Part shown: positions 51,249-63,807 of the stretch, one piece after another
How the letters are laid out: each line of letters begins with the position of its first letter
Numbering within the stretch: the first letter of the stretch is position 1
Assembly: GCA_965221955.1 (NCBI GenBank)
Contig: CBDCTA010000018.1
Location: 160,001 to 224,000 of the forward strand
Length of the DNA stretch: 64,000 nt
Direction: 5' to 3'
DNA from: Gammaproteobacteria bacterium
GTDB lineage: Bacteria; Pseudomonadota; Gammaproteobacteria; UBA4575
The notes under the pieces: generated by a model
The model's input: the letters and a program-made list of their open reading frames with translations, nothing else
Databases searched by the model: none
What the model was told of the DNA's origin: nothing
Made by a program: the position numbers and the translations under genes

Positions 51249-52331
51249 ATGAAAGACTCGATTTTAAAAAAACTTGAAAACTTGAAAGAACGGCATGAAG
51301 AAATTGCAGCTGAGCTTTCGGATGCAGATGTAATTAATAACCAACAAGAATTTACTAAACTCTCTAAAGAATATGCTCAGCTTGAACCTATCGTTGCGAA
51401 ATTCAACCAACATTTGCAAGCCGTAGACGATCTAGAAACTGCCAAGGAAATGGCTAACGACTCTGACAAAGATATGAAAACCATGGCGCAAGAAGAAATT
51501 AAAAGCGCTGAACAAATCTTAGAGCAACTGGAAACTGAGCTGCAAACCTTACTACTCCCCAAAGACCCTCATGATGAAAGTAATGTATTTTTAGAAATCC
51601 GCGCAGGTACCGGTGGCGATGAAGCCGCCATATTTGCGGGCGATTTATTTCGCATGTATTCACGTTATGCCGAAAATAAAGGTTGGAAAGTAGAAGTCAT
51701 TAATGAAAATGAAGGCGATCACGGCGGTTATAAAGAAATCATCGCCAAAATTAATGGCAAAGAAGTATTTTCAAATTTAAAATTTGAATCAGGTGCACAC
51801 CGAGTACAGCGTGTACCCGAAACAGAATCTCAAGGTCGTGTACACACCTCAGCGGCAACTGTTGCCATCATGCCGGAAGTAGATGAAATTGATGAAGTAG
51901 AAATTGATAACTCTGATTTGCGTATCGACACCTTTCGTGCTTCAGGCGCCGGCGGACAACATGTCAACAAAACTGATTCCGCAATTCGCATTACCCATAT
52001 TCCAACTGGTATTGTGGTGGAATGCCAAGATGAGCGTTCACAACATAAAAATAAAGCACGCGCGATGTCTTTACTGAGTGCACGTATGCTCGATCAAGAA
52101 CGCAAAAAACAAATGGATGAGCAAGCTGCCACCAGGCGCAACTTAGTCGGTAGTGGTGATCGCTCTGAACGCATCCGCACTTATAATTTTCCCCAAGGAC
52201 GCGTAACTGATCACCGCATCAATCTCACACTGTATAAATTAGACGAGATGATGCAAGGCAATGTAGATCAAATCGTGCAGCCTTTACGTAATGAGCATCA
52301 AGCAGACCTACTCGCTTCGATGTCAGAGTAA
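51249..52331 (+). CDS. prfA: Peptide chain release factor 1
   Basis: [14 protein letters not shown] (PxT), [11 protein letters not shown]. Confidence 0.98.
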   Translation: MKDSILKKLENLKERHEEIAAELSDADVINNQQEFTKLSKEYAQLEPIVAKFNQHLQAVDDLETAKEMANDSDKDMKTMAQEEIKSAEQILEQLETELQTLLLPKDPHDESNVFLEIRAGTGGDEAAIFAGDLFRMYSRYAENKGWKVEVINENEGDHGGYKEIIAKINGKEVFSNLKFESGAHRVQRVPETESQGRVHTSAATVAIMPEVDEIDEVEIDNSDLRIDTFRASGAGGQHVNKTDSAIRITHIPTGIVVECQDERSQHKNKARAMSLLSARMLDQERKKQMDEQAATRRNLVGSGDRSERIRTYNFPQGRVTDHRINLTLYKLDEMMQGNVDQIVQPLRNEHQADLLASMSE

Positions 52332-52333
52332 AA

Positions 52334-53164
52334 ATGACTTTTCAACAAGCGGTTGAATTTGCCACCGCTAAACTTTCTGCTATCAGCGAGAGCGCAAAAC
52401 TTGATGCACAACTCCTCATCTGCCACGCATGTAATATCGAACAGACTCAACTCATTGCACATCCTGAGCAAGAGTTAAATGAACAACAGATAGAAGAATT
52501 TAAACTATTCTTAAATCGACGTGTAAAGGGCGAACCACTTGCTTATATAACGGGTACAAAAGAATTTTGGTCATTAGACTTTAAAGTGAATGAGCATGTG
52601 CTTATCCCTCGCCCAGAAACAGAATTATTAGTTGAACAAACACTCCTCGCAATACAGGATAAGCCATCCGCACGAATTTTAGATTTAGGTACAGGTTCGG
52701 GCACGATTGCGATATCAGTTGCCAAGCATCACCCTGACTGCCATATCGTAGCCACAGACGTTTCCCGCTCTGCCTTAGTAATCGCAAAACAAAATGCACA
52801 AATACATGAAACTATGATCAATTTCATATGTAGCAATTGGTTTGAAAATATTGAAGAAAATGAATTTGATGTGATTGTATCTAATCCTCCTTATATCGCT
52901 AAAAATGATTCTAATCTTGATAAATTCGTTTCATTTTATGAACCCGATGAGGCCTTAATAAGCAAACATGATGGCCTTTCTGATTTAAACCTAATCATCA
53001 CACAGGCTAGAAAATTTTTATCTCCTTTTGGCGCATTAATTGTCGAGCATGGATATCAACAGGGAGAATCTGTGCGTAATTTATTTACGAATGCAAAATT
53101 TTGTAACGTAAAAACACATCTAGATATAGCCGGTCTTGAACGCTGTACCAGTGGCAGCACTTAA
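52334..53164 (+). CDS. prmC: Release factor glutamine methyltransferase
   Basis: VLIPRPETE, DLGTGSG, SNPPY. Confidence 0.97.
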   Translation: MTFQQAVEFATAKLSAISESAKLDAQLLICHACNIEQTQLIAHPEQELNEQQIEEFKLFLNRRVKGEPLAYITGTKEFWSLDFKVNEHVLIPRPETELLVEQTLLAIQDKPSARILDLGTGSGTIAISVAKHHPDCHIVATDVSRSALVIAKQNAQIHETMINFICSNWFENIEENEFDVIVSNPPYIAKNDSNLDKFVSFYEPDEALISKHDGLSDLNLIITQARKFLSPFGALIVEHGYQQGESVRNLFTNAKFCNVKTHLDIAGLERCTSGST

Positions 53165-53309
53165 AGACGTTTTCAACAATATACATTTACAACTTATTTT
53201 TTGCTAACTAATAATAAGTATTCATTTCAAAAAATTGTTTAATTAATTTCAACATGTAAAACAGCTTGATAAAACAAGTGTTTTTTTAAACACCTATTTG
53301 CGCAATACA

Positions 53310-53582
53310 ATGACCTCAATTGCAACACATGATAGAACGCTAATTACAAAAAATTATTTACATTCAGTAATTAATTGCATAGAAACCAATGGTTATGATC
53401 TTAAAGATTTCGAAATTTCAACGGAGCGCGTGCAAGGCTACACAAAGGGTAAACTGACCCCTAAAGCAATAATTTATGTGTTTCGTGCCAGCACAGAAAT
53501 TGAAAAAAACTATGTGTTAGAAGGCGATATGAGCTTTTCAGATGCACTTTGCAAAGATTTAGAAACACAAGTATTTGACTGA
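53310..53582 (+). CDS. Hypothetical protein
   Basis: ~90-aa ORF from ATG 53310, no recognised motif. Confidence 0.45.
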   Translation: MTSIATHDRTLITKNYLHSVINCIETNGYDLKDFEISTERVQGYTKGKLTPKAIIYVFRASTEIEKNYVLEGDMSFSDALCKDLETQVFD

Positions 53583-53613
53583 TCTTTATTTAGATTGAAT
53601 CATCACACAGAAA

Positions 53614-53979
53614 CTATTGACCGAAATCTAAAAAAGGCTTAATTGAAAAATAAAGAACGATCGCTGCAATCGCGGTGTAAATAATAGCTTGAATGGGACT
53701 TTCTATAAGACTTGAAATTAAACCCTGCGAGCTGCCTTCTTCTTTTGCCCTTTCTCGCTCAAGTTTTGCATTTTTGAAACGCTGTTGTTGATATTCTTCG
53801 ATTAATGCTTTTGCTCGTTCAAGTTGATCGTCTTCTTGTAACCAGATAGCCGGCATAGAAATACCCCAATTCCCTGCTGGAGTCTCATAAAAATCGATAT
53901 GATGGTTTGTTAATAGATTACGAATGTCTTCAGCTTCATCATCCGGAACATTCCTTAATCTAAATAATTGGACGGCCAT
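53614..53979 (-). CDS. Conserved hypothetical protein (DUF6164-like)
   Basis: LFRLRNVPDDEAEDIR..FYETPAGNWGISMPAIW; C-terminal TM; GAGG before ATG 53979. Confidence 0.75.
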   Translation of the reverse strand: MAVQLFRLRNVPDDEAEDIRNLLTNHHIDFYETPAGNWGISMPAIWLQEDDQLERAKALIEEYQQQRFKNAKLERERAKEEGSSQGLISSLIESPIQAIIYTAIAAIVLYFSIKPFLDFGQ

Positions 53980-53996
53980 TGACCTCGTCAAAAAAA

Positions 53997-55430
53997 TTAT
54001 TTTAGCTTTTCTTTTAAAAGTACGTTCACTTGTTGCGGATTGGCTTTCCCTTTCGAAAGCTTCATCACTTGCCCAACAAAAAAGCCGAACACCTTATCCT
54101 TTCCAGACTTATATTGTTCAACTTGACCAGGGTTATCCGCAATCACTTGATCAACCAAACCCTCAATTTCACCACTGTCTGTAATTTGCTTTAAGCCTTT
54201 TGCTTCAATAATTTCATCGACATTTCCCTCACCCGCCCACATCGCCTGAAAAACTTCTTTGGCAATTTTGTTAGAGATCGTGTTGTCTTCAATACGCCCT
54301 AATAGCTCCGACAACATTTTTGCAGACACTGGACTATCCGCAATTTCAGTTTCATGTTGATTTAATGCTGCTGTGAGCTCACCCAATACCCAGTTGGCTG
54401 CTAACTTCGCTTTGCCAGCACCAGCATTTACGACTTGTTCAAAATACTCAGCCATGTCTTTATCCATCACTAGGCTTTCTGCATCATAATCGCTCAACTC
54501 ATAGTCTTGCTTAAAGCGCACAATCTTTGCGGCAGGAAGTTCAGGCAGCTCTTTCTTAAAAGCTTCCAACTCTTCACTTGTAATAATTACAGGCAATAAG
54601 TCAGGATCAGGAAAATAGCGGTAATCATTAGCTTCTTCTTTGCTACGCATGGAACGCGTTTCATCTTTATTGGCATCATAAAGACGGGTTTCTTGCACCA
54701 CTTCTCCGCCGTCTTCTAGCACATCTATTTGACGCTCGATTTCATGGTTAATCGCACGTTCTACAAATCTAAACGAATTAAGATTTTTAGTTTCTGTACG
54801 CGTACCAAATTCTTCTTGCCCTTTAGGACGCATCGAAACATTCGCATCACAACGAAAAGAACCTTCTTGCATATTGCCATCAGAAATTCCTAGATAGCGC
54901 ACAATAGAATGGATCTTTTTCATGTACGCCACCGCTTCTTCTGCAGAGCGCATATCAGGTTCCGATACAATTTCAATTAGAGGCGTGCCACAGCGGTTTA
55001 AATCAATACCGGTCGAATCAGGAAATTCTTCATGCAAAGATTTCCCTGCATCTTCTTCTAAATGTGCACGTGTAATACCTATGGTTTTACGTTCACCATC
55101 ACTTAGCACAATTTCTAATTTACCGTGTTCAACAATCGGCAATTCAAACTGACTGATTTGATACCCTTTAGGCGAGTCCGGGTAAAAATAATTTTTCCGC
55201 GCAAACACTGAACGTTCAGCAACTGTAGCACCCACCGCAAAGCCAAACATGGCAGCCATCTTCACCGCTTCTTTATTTAATACCGGCAATACGCCTGGCA
55301 AGCCTAAATCGACTGCACAGGCTTGTGTATTGGGTTCAGCCCCATACGCTGTAGAAGCAGCAGAAAAGATCTTACTTTGTGTCGCAAGCTGCACATGTAT
55401 TTCTAAACCGATGACTGTTTCCCACTGCAT
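53997..55430 (-). CDS. gatB: Asp/Glu-tRNA amidotransferase subunit B
   Basis: [43 protein letters not shown]. Confidence 0.98.
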   Translation of the reverse strand: MQWETVIGLEIHVQLATQSKIFSAASTAYGAEPNTQACAVDLGLPGVLPVLNKEAVKMAAMFGFAVGATVAERSVFARKNYFYPDSPKGYQISQFELPIVEHGKLEIVLSDGERKTIGITRAHLEEDAGKSLHEEFPDSTGIDLNRCGTPLIEIVSEPDMRSAEEAVAYMKKIHSIVRYLGISDGNMQEGSFRCDANVSMRPKGQEEFGTRTETKNLNSFRFVERAINHEIERQIDVLEDGGEVVQETRLYDANKDETRSMRSKEEANDYRYFPDPDLLPVIITSEELEAFKKELPELPAAKIVRFKQDYELSDYDAESLVMDKDMAEYFEQVVNAGAGKAKLAANWVLGELTAALNQHETEIADSPVSAKMLSELLGRIEDNTISNKIAKEVFQAMWAGEGNVDEIIEAKGLKQITDSGEIEGLVDQVIADNPGQVEQYKSGKDKVFGFFVGQVMKLSKGKANPQQVNVLLKEKLK

Positions 55431-55432
55431 GA

Positions 55433-56884
55433 CTATTCGAACCCTTTAGGAACTTGCTGATGCCAATCTGTATCTTGCTGATATTGGTGCGCAAAATTAA
55501 GCAAGGTTTCTTCAGCAAAATAATTGCCGATTAATTGCATACCAATAGGTAGTCCATCTTTGAACCCACAAGGAACAGACATTGCGGGCAGTCCGGCTAA
55601 GTTAATTGAAATAGTGTAGATGTCTGATAAATACATCGTGACGGGATCATCGGTTTTCTCACCAATTTTAAAAGCAGGCGAAGGTGTTGTGGGCCCTAAA
55701 ATTACATCCACTTCTTCAAACGCTTTTTTAAAGTCATCGCTGATTAAACGTCGTATCTGTTGTGCTTTTAAATAATAGGCATCGTAATACCCCGCGGACA
55801 ATGCATAGGTGCCAATCATAATGCGACGTTTCACTTCATCACCAAACGCTTCACTTCGACTGCGATCATAAAGATCTCGCAAATCTTTTGGATCCTCACA
55901 ACGATAGCCAAATCGCACACCATCATAACGCGACAAGTTAGAGGAACATTCTGCTGGCGCAATTACATAATAAGCAGGGATAGCTAAATTCGTATTTGGC
56001 AAACTAATACTTCTTATTTCACAGCCTTGTTGTTCATACCATGTAAGCGCATCTTCAATGATTTCCTTAACACCAGCATCCAAACCTTCACTAAAATATT
56101 CTTCTGGTACACCAATCACTTTATCTTTGATTGAATCGTTTAGGCTTTGTGAATAATCCGGAACTTCTCTGTCTAAACTTGTAGAGTCTTTTTCATCAAA
56201 CCCCGCCATGGTTTGCAATAACAATGCACAGTCTTGTGCAGAAACACCAAATGGCCCACCTTGATCTAAGCTGGAAGCATAGGCAATCATTCCATATCGT
56301 GACACGCGCCCATAGGTGGGTTTAATTCCAGTAACACCACACAGTGCGGCGGGTTGGCGAATCGATCCACCTGTATCGGTGCCGGTTGCCAAAGGTGCAA
56401 TACGCGCCGCAACCGCTGCTGCTGAACCACCCGATGATCCACCTGGTACACATTCTGTATTCCAAGGATTTTTAACGGGACCGTAGAAACTGGTTTCATT
56501 AGATGAGCCCATCGCAAATTCATCCATGTTTGTTCTACCAATCGTAATACAACCTGCTTGATCAAGTTTATGTGTAACGGTTGCATCGTAGGGTGCATAA
56601 AAATTATCTAACATCTTTGAACCACAAGATGTCTTCACGCCGTACATACAAAAAATATCTTTTGATGCAATAGGAATTCCGGTTAATGGACCATTCTTTT
56701 TTTGTTTAATAAGTTTGTCCGCATGATCCGCTTGCAGTATGGCACGCTCACCGAGCTCAGTAATAAAAGCATTAAGCTCACTAAATTTTTGCATGCGTTC
56801 CACATAGTGTTTGGTTAATTCAACACTAGAGAATTCGCCATTGCATAAACCTTCAGCAAGTTGTGAAACAGAACGATCGTGCAT
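55433..56884 (-). CDS. gatA: Asp/Glu-tRNA amidotransferase subunit A
   Basis: Amidase signature [29 protein letters not shown]. Confidence 0.98.
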   Translation of the reverse strand: MHDRSVSQLAEGLCNGEFSSVELTKHYVERMQKFSELNAFITELGERAILQADHADKLIKQKKNGPLTGIPIASKDIFCMYGVKTSCGSKMLDNFYAPYDATVTHKLDQAGCITIGRTNMDEFAMGSSNETSFYGPVKNPWNTECVPGGSSGGSAAAVAARIAPLATGTDTGGSIRQPAALCGVTGIKPTYGRVSRYGMIAYASSLDQGGPFGVSAQDCALLLQTMAGFDEKDSTSLDREVPDYSQSLNDSIKDKVIGVPEEYFSEGLDAGVKEIIEDALTWYEQQGCEIRSISLPNTNLAIPAYYVIAPAECSSNLSRYDGVRFGYRCEDPKDLRDLYDRSRSEAFGDEVKRRIMIGTYALSAGYYDAYYLKAQQIRRLISDDFKKAFEEVDVILGPTTPSPAFKIGEKTDDPVTMYLSDIYTISINLAGLPAMSVPCGFKDGLPIGMQLIGNYFAEETLLNFAHQYQQDTDWHQQVPKGFE

Positions 56885-56913
56885 GTTATTTTTATTTTCT
56901 TGAAATAAGCGAG

Positions 56914-57201
56914 CTATTCAATCACTTTAGGTACTAAATAAAGTCCTTTTTCTGCAGCAGGTGCAACGGTTTGGAATTTATCGCGTTGGTTATCTTCTTT
57001 CACAACATCTTCACGTAATCTCTGTGTGGCGTCTAAAGGATGCGCCATAGGTAAAATATCTTTGGTATCCACCGCATTCATTTGCTCAACCAAATTGATA
57101 ATGTTGGAAAGGTCTTTTGCATATTGCTCAACCTCGTCAGACTGAATTTCCAGTCTTGCCAGGTTTGCAATTTTTAGAACTTCTTCAGGTGTAATCGACA
57201 T
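56914..57201 (-). CDS. gatC: Asp/Glu-tRNA amidotransferase subunit C
   Basis: [24 protein letters not shown]; start at MSITPEE. Confidence 0.96.
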   Translation of the reverse strand: MSITPEEVLKIANLARLEIQSDEVEQYAKDLSNIINLVEQMNAVDTKDILPMAHPLDATQRLREDVVKEDNQRDKFQTVAPAAEKGLYLVPKVIE

Positions 57202-57278
57202 GGTGTATATATATAAATGAACGAACGGCAAACTACCACACTTATGCGGCACATATAATGGCTTGCCGAAAATTTTAG

Positions 57279-58379
<1,101 letters not shown>

Positions 58380-58472
58380 GCCTTAAACACTCTTCACTGA
58401 CGGATAGCGAGTAATTCGTTATCATAGCCTCGCCTTTATGAATGTTTACAATTTTATTGAGGAGAATTTGCT

Positions 58473-59387
58473 ATAAAACCGCTGTTCAGCCTCGGCCCTT
58501 CTGTTTCTACTAAATTATTACTCCTCATTATTGCGTCTATCGTCATGATGACGGTCGACCATCACTTTAATCACTTACGAAAAGTACGCCAAACCATTAG
58601 TGTGGCGATGTATCCAATCGAATATTTGGCCGGCTTACCTTCTAAAGTGTACAACTGGAGTTCTGAATCCTTTGCTTCACGCAATAAATTATTACGCGAC
58701 AACGCAGGACTGCGTGCTGAACAAATACGTTTAGAATTACGACTACAAAAACTTGAAACCTTAGAAGAGGAAAACCAACGTCTGCGTGAAATGCTGTCTT
58801 CTGCACAATATTTCACAGAAGAACGTGTGTTGATTGGTGAATTGTTATCAGTGGACTTAGATCCCTACCGACAACGCATTGTGGTAAACAAAGGTACACG
58901 TGATGGTATTTATGATGGCCAACCTCTTTTAGGCGCAAAAGGCATTATTGGACAAATTGATAAAGCCGGACCGTTTAATTCCATCGCAATTTTAATGACC
59001 GATCCTAATCATGCATTATTAGGTGAAGTGGCACGCAGCAGACAACGAAGTTTAGTGGTCGGCACAGGTAACATTCAAAAATTAGAACTTCTACATTTAA
59101 CCAACACCGCTGATATTCAAATTGGTGATTTAGTCATTACATCTGGGCTCGATGGTCGCTACCCGAGTGATTATCCGATAGCTGAAATCACCAGCATCCA
59201 ACAAATCTCGGGGGATGCATTTGTAAAAGTAGAAGCCAAACCGCTTGTTGATCTAAACAGTATTCGTGAAGTATTACTCATTTGGACGGGCGAACAAGAA
59301 TCAGAACTCAATACTGCAGAGAGTCTTCAAAGCAAGGCTGAAGACAATCTAACAAACCAAGAAGTTATATCTACTAGCAATGAATAA
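58473..59387 (+). CDS. mreC: Rod shape-determining protein MreC (probable ATA start)
   Basis: In-frame IKPLFSLGPS upstream of first ATG; ENQRLREML, ITSGLDGRYP. Confidence 0.93.
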   Translation: MKPLFSLGPSVSTKLLLLIIASIVMMTVDHHFNHLRKVRQTISVAMYPIEYLAGLPSKVYNWSSESFASRNKLLRDNAGLRAEQIRLELRLQKLETLEEENQRLREMLSSAQYFTEERVLIGELLSVDLDPYRQRIVVNKGTRDGIYDGQPLLGAKGIIGQIDKAGPFNSIAILMTDPNHALLGEVARSRQRSLVVGTGNIQKLELLHLTNTADIQIGDLVITSGLDGRYPSDYPIAEITSIQQISGDAFVKVEAKPLVDLNSIREVLLIWTGEQESELNTAESLQSKAEDNLTNQEVISTSNE

Positions 59388-59862
59388 CGGCCCTAAATTT
59401 CTAACCATTTTCGCATCGTTCATTATTGCGATGATGCTGATGCTCATGCCCTTGCCAGACTGGGCGCGACCCTATCGTCCCGAGTGGCTTGTGCTTGCAC
59501 TCATCTATTGGAACATAACCTTTCCTAAAAAAGTTGGTGTAGGCATAGCTTGGATATTAGGTTTATGTGTAGATGTCATCCAAGGCGCACTACTTGGCCA
59601 ACATGCACTAGGTTTTGCCATTACTGCATTCATTGCGATTCGTTTTCACCAACGTGTTAGGGTGTATCCATTGCACCAGCAAGCCATGTTTGTGGGAATG
59701 ATCTTATTACCTTATATGAGCTTATCGTTATGGATTTTAGGCATTCTAGGCGAAGACCCTAAAACTTGGGTCTACTGGGCACCGGTTGTTACCAGTGTTC
59801 TTGTTTGGCCATGGATTTATTTAGTAATGCGCGCAGTTAGCAAAAAAGCTTCAATATATTAA
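59380..59862 (+). CDS. mreD: Rod shape-determining protein MreD
   Basis: RPEWLVLALIYW, LLGQHAL; follows mreC. Confidence 0.95.
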   Translation: MNNGPKFLTIFASFIIAMMLMLMPLPDWARPYRPEWLVLALIYWNITFPKKVGVGIAWILGLCVDVIQGALLGQHALGFAITAFIAIRFHQRVRVYPLHQQAMFVGMILLPYMSLSLWILGILGEDPKTWVYWAPVVTSVLVWPWIYLVMRAVSKKASIY

Positions 59863-59900
59863 ATTTCAGTTTTGGCTAATTAATTATTGCTTGACTCGAT

Positions 59901-61310
59901 TTAATTCTGGCCTGAAGGATTGGTGTACTCATCGTTTAATGTTTGTACGAATCGATCCGCTGCTTCGCGAATTTGCATGAGTTTTGTACGTGCGTGTTTA
60001 TTCCAACCCACAATGAAAGGGCGCCATAATGGTTGCCAGCATTTTGTATTTCGCAAAAAACCGCCTTTTACACTTCCGGTTAATTCCCTTTCAGGTAAAG
60101 ACTTAGCCACCCATTTACTGACTACGTTTCTAATTAAGTGGTGAATAACTAATAACAACAATAAGGCCAAAATTATGGCGGCCCACATACCTGTTGCGCC
60201 ATACTGATCAAACGCAGTGCCTGAACCAAAATGTTTAATAAAGTAAATTAACATGGCTAAGAAAACGGGTACTAACACAAGAACATCGATCATCAGTACG
60301 CGTTTGGCCCATTTGTGCGTGGCTTCTTGCACTTGAGGCACAATGTTATTTTCGATTTGATTTGCAGTATTTTCGAGTGAACCAATAATGCGATATACAC
60401 GTTCGACACTGACTTCTGAAATACGCTGGTAGATTTCTCCTAAATCATTATCGCGTTTACGTTTGTAGCGCTCTTGTAAGGCTTTATCTTCTATTTGTAC
60501 TGCGGCCTCTTCATTATAGGTTGCGTAAAAACGCCCACTCACTAGCCCACCAGATGCTAAAGCACGCTGCCAAGCAGCAACCACTTCTTCGGCATTATCT
60601 TCTGCTGCAGTGGTATCAATTTGGTTGAGAATAAACAACACCTTGTTTGAATCATTGCGGCGCACTGTTCCAGCAACCAAGTGCTCCAAAGTATCGCGCA
60701 TTGCACCGGGCTCTGGATGGCGGGCATCAAACAACACCAACACTAAGTCTGAAAGATTTATAATGTGATCGGTAATTCGCAAGGTTGAAGTACGCTGCGC
60801 ATCGGCATCAAACCCTGGAGAGTCAATAAAAATTTTGCCTTTAATTAAATCAGATGGGCAGGTTTTTAATTGTAAGTAGGTATCAATGCGCGAGCCTTCG
60901 CCGGCAGATACTTTTTCAATTTCTTCGCTAATTTGATAAAACGGAAAACGTGGATCTGCATCTAGGGCTAATCCTGGCAAGACTCTTACTTTGTCATCAC
61001 TGCTAAAACATATCACAGTAAATTTATCATCTACCGCTTGATTGCCCGTTTTTTGTAGATCGGTTTGCACATAGTGATTGATAAAGGTCGATTTCCCTGC
61101 CGAAAATGTCCCCAATACAGAGATGAGCGGCCACCATGATATGTCAGTGGTGTAAGACTCTTTGCTGGTGAGAATACCGAGCTTGTAGGCAAGTTTATCC
61201 AGCTCACAAAAATGATCCACTACATCTACTAGTAGCGGGTTTTCATTTGAAATATGGCTGCGAAGACTTTTTATTCTTGCTTTAAGATTAGCATCGGGCC
61301 CGATGAGCAT
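59901..61310 (-). CDS. Dynamin-family (EHD-like) NTPase with two C-terminal TM helices
   Basis: GTFSAGKST, DSPG, LNQID; hydrophobic hairpin near C-terminus. Confidence 0.82.
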   Translation of the reverse strand: MLIGPDANLKARIKSLRSHISNENPLLVDVVDHFCELDKLAYKLGILTSKESYTTDISWWPLISVLGTFSAGKSTFINHYVQTDLQKTGNQAVDDKFTVICFSSDDKVRVLPGLALDADPRFPFYQISEEIEKVSAGEGSRIDTYLQLKTCPSDLIKGKIFIDSPGFDADAQRTSTLRITDHIINLSDLVLVLFDARHPEPGAMRDTLEHLVAGTVRRNDSNKVLFILNQIDTTAAEDNAEEVVAAWQRALASGGLVSGRFYATYNEEAAVQIEDKALQERYKRKRDNDLGEIYQRISEVSVERVYRIIGSLENTANQIENNIVPQVQEATHKWAKRVLMIDVLVLVPVFLAMLIYFIKHFGSGTAFDQYGATGMWAAIILALLLLLVIHHLIRNVVSKWVAKSLPERELTGSVKGGFLRNTKCWQPLWRPFIVGWNKHARTKLMQIREAADRFVQTLNDEYTNPSGQN

Positions 61311-61404
61311 TTAATGTCCTATTAAATGTAAGCTGTGTAAATATCTGTTGGGCATTGTCGCATATACCTTTCTGCCTGCAAACAAGCTAAAAGGTATTAG
61401 ATTC

Positions 61405-62358
61405 TCATGGAGTTTGCCTATGCTGCATACTTTTCAATTGTTTTCGAAATTTCACACAGGGATCTTCGTTGGTATGACTGGGCGTGAAATACAGTACGTC
61501 ATATAAATGATGACGATCTTGAAAATATTCTTGTGGTTCTTGTAACTCTTCTTGTACGGATATATAGGACACTGACAAATAGGAGGTTTGGTTATATTTT
61601 CTTCTAAGTTGCATTGGTACTGCATAGTCATTTCTGACATGACCACTGCCGGCAATAAAAACGACTGGCAATGGTTTATTTAAAAGTGCATTAGCCATTA
61701 CATGATCTCGATGCATTTGTGCACGTGACATAAATTTCACAAAGCCTTCATTCGCATGACCACAATGAGAGTCAATTATATTTTTGTTTAAAAGATTAAT
61801 TTCATCTTGAGTATATGAATATTCACTCTTCGCCAAATTATCATCTTCAAACTTCTGATCATTTGCCCACTGATGCAACTCTTCACTTCCAATATTACCC
61901 GCATGTAAACGTAGTTGATGCTGCACAACTGAATTCAATACCGGTGTATATAACTCCCAAGGCCAGCCTTCGTTTATCATAGCTACCAGTTCTAACAGCT
62001 CAGGAAGTTTTTTCCAAGTTAATGGCTGCTCTTTCCAACCCTCAATCGATAACATTTCCATCACAACTGTTGGTTGTGCGCCTGATTTCACCAAAGACTC
62101 TAAAACCTTGGATTGCAAATAATGGTGATCCGGGTGATTATGAACTTCGCCCAATAAAATATAATCGTAATAAAGTAATTCTTTATAAAACTGATGATCA
62201 GTAAGCCATGTTTGTTTATGCGTATCCCATATTTTGCCTACCAGTACATGATCTTTATAAAAATCTGCTTGCCAGTCATTAGCTGCTACACTACTTAGGT
62301 GAAAAAACCCTGCAAACAACAAAATTGTTAAAATAAATTTTACGACTTTAATTAGCAT
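61405..62358 (-). CDS. ChaN-family (heme-binding/iron-regulated) protein
   Basis: ILLGEVHNHPDHH, VMEM, AQMHRDHVMA, IAGSGH. Confidence 0.82.
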   Translation of the reverse strand: MLIKVVKFILTILLFAGFFHLSSVAANDWQADFYKDHVLVGKIWDTHKQTWLTDHQFYKELLYYDYILLGEVHNHPDHHYLQSKVLESLVKSGAQPTVVMEMLSIEGWKEQPLTWKKLPELLELVAMINEGWPWELYTPVLNSVVQHQLRLHAGNIGSEELHQWANDQKFEDDNLAKSEYSYTQDEINLLNKNIIDSHCGHANEGFVKFMSRAQMHRDHVMANALLNKPLPVVFIAGSGHVRNDYAVPMQLRRKYNQTSYLSVSYISVQEELQEPQEYFQDRHHLYDVLYFTPSHTNEDPCVKFRKQLKSMQHRQTP

Positions 62359-62371
62359 TTACGCGATCAAA

Positions 62372-63481
62372 ATGGACTTTAGATTACTCACCTCTATCAA
62401 AGAATTAGATGCGTTTTGCAACGCATCTTCTACTATGCAGTGGTTAGCACTTGATACTGAGTTTATACGTGAAAAGACCTACTATCCAAACCTATGTTTA
62501 GTGCAAATTGCATCTGAAAATGAAGTTGTCTGCATTGACCCTATTGCAATTAGTGACTTATCGTCATTAAAAAATTTAATCTACCAAAATACCATTACCA
62601 AAATTTTTCATTCTGCCAGCCAAGATCTCGAAATTTTTGTCAATCTTTTCGATGAGGTACCTACCCCCATGTTTGATACTCAGATTGCGGCCAGCCTACT
62701 GGGCTATGGTGAACAAGTAAGTTATGCGCATTTAGTAAATGAGATTTGTGATATTGAACTTGATAAATCACTCTCTCGCACCAATTGGGAACGTCGACCA
62801 CTTTCAACTGAAGAGCTTAAATACGCAGCAGATGATGTGAAGTATTTAGCAAACGTTTACCAATTTTTAAAACAAGAATTAGATAAACATGAGCGGAATC
62901 ATTGGGCGGAATTCGAATGCAACAACTTATCCTCAATCGATAAATATAAAATTGATACCAACAAAATCTGGGAAACTATAAAAGGTGCTGGAAAACTAGA
63001 TTCCAATCAACTAAATGTTTTACAGCAACTTGCGAAGTGGCGTGAGCTACAAGCCATTGCTGAAAACAAACCACGCCGCTGGATCGTTAGCGATAAATTA
63101 TTACTTCAACTCGCTATTGCACAACCCACTGATCTTAACGCTTTAGGTTCTATAGAAGGCATTCAACAAGAACATATTGGTTATGCAGATGTTCTCATCG
63201 AAGAAATAATCTCTGCTCAAAAAATTCCTGAAAGTGACTGGCCGCCTGCTTACAATGTTGGACCCCTAAGCACCGAACAACGCAAGCTAGTGAAACAAGC
63301 GCAAAGCTTCATTCGTGATCGCGCAGAGGAATTGAATATTGCGCCAAGCTTGTTAGCCACGCGGAATGTAGTAGAGAAACTCGTTCGAGGGAAACGTGAA
63401 CTCGAAGTCCTTTCTAGCTGGAAAAAAGATTTAGTGGGCGATGAACTTGTCGCCTTAATTGAGGCAAACAATCCTTTCTAA
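62372..63481 (+). CDS. rnd: Ribonuclease D
   Basis: ALDTEFIREKTYYP, FDTQIAA, W..RPLS, YAADDV, HRDC region. Confidence 0.96.
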   Translation: MDFRLLTSIKELDAFCNASSTMQWLALDTEFIREKTYYPNLCLVQIASENEVVCIDPIAISDLSSLKNLIYQNTITKIFHSASQDLEIFVNLFDEVPTPMFDTQIAASLLGYGEQVSYAHLVNEICDIELDKSLSRTNWERRPLSTEELKYAADDVKYLANVYQFLKQELDKHERNHWAEFECNNLSSIDKYKIDTNKIWETIKGAGKLDSNQLNVLQQLAKWRELQAIAENKPRRWIVSDKLLLQLAIAQPTDLNALGSIEGIQQEHIGYADVLIEEIISAQKIPESDWPPAYNVGPLSTEQRKLVKQAQSFIRDRAEELNIAPSLLATRNVVEKLVRGKRELEVLSSWKKDLVGDELVALIEANNPF

Positions 63482-63543
63482 TTATCACTTTATATGGCCT
63501 ATGCGATATAGCCTGTCAAGGCGCTTAGTAGATAATTGTTGAC

Positions 63544-63792
63544 ATGACAACCGATGAAATAGAAAAACTTATTGAAGCCGGAGTACCCAACTCTAAAGCC
63601 ATAGTGAGTGGTGGCGAAGGCAAATATGAAGCAATCGTAATTAGCGATAGCTTTGCTGATTTAAGTATGGTGAAAGAACACCAAATGGTATACGCAACGG
63701 TGAAACCACAAATCGCGAGTGGCGAATTACATGCTTTAAGTATAAAAGCGTTTACTCCCGAAGAATGGGAGCAACAGAAAAATAATTTTTAG
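63544..63792 (+). CDS. BolA/IbaG family protein
   Basis: ISDSF..LSMVKEHQMVY, ELHALSIKAFTPEEW. Confidence 0.92.
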   Translation: MTTDEIEKLIEAGVPNSKAIVSGGEGKYEAIVISDSFADLSMVKEHQMVYATVKPQIASGELHALSIKAFTPEEWEQQKNNF

Positions 63793-63807
63793 GTTTTCGT
63801 TTTAATT

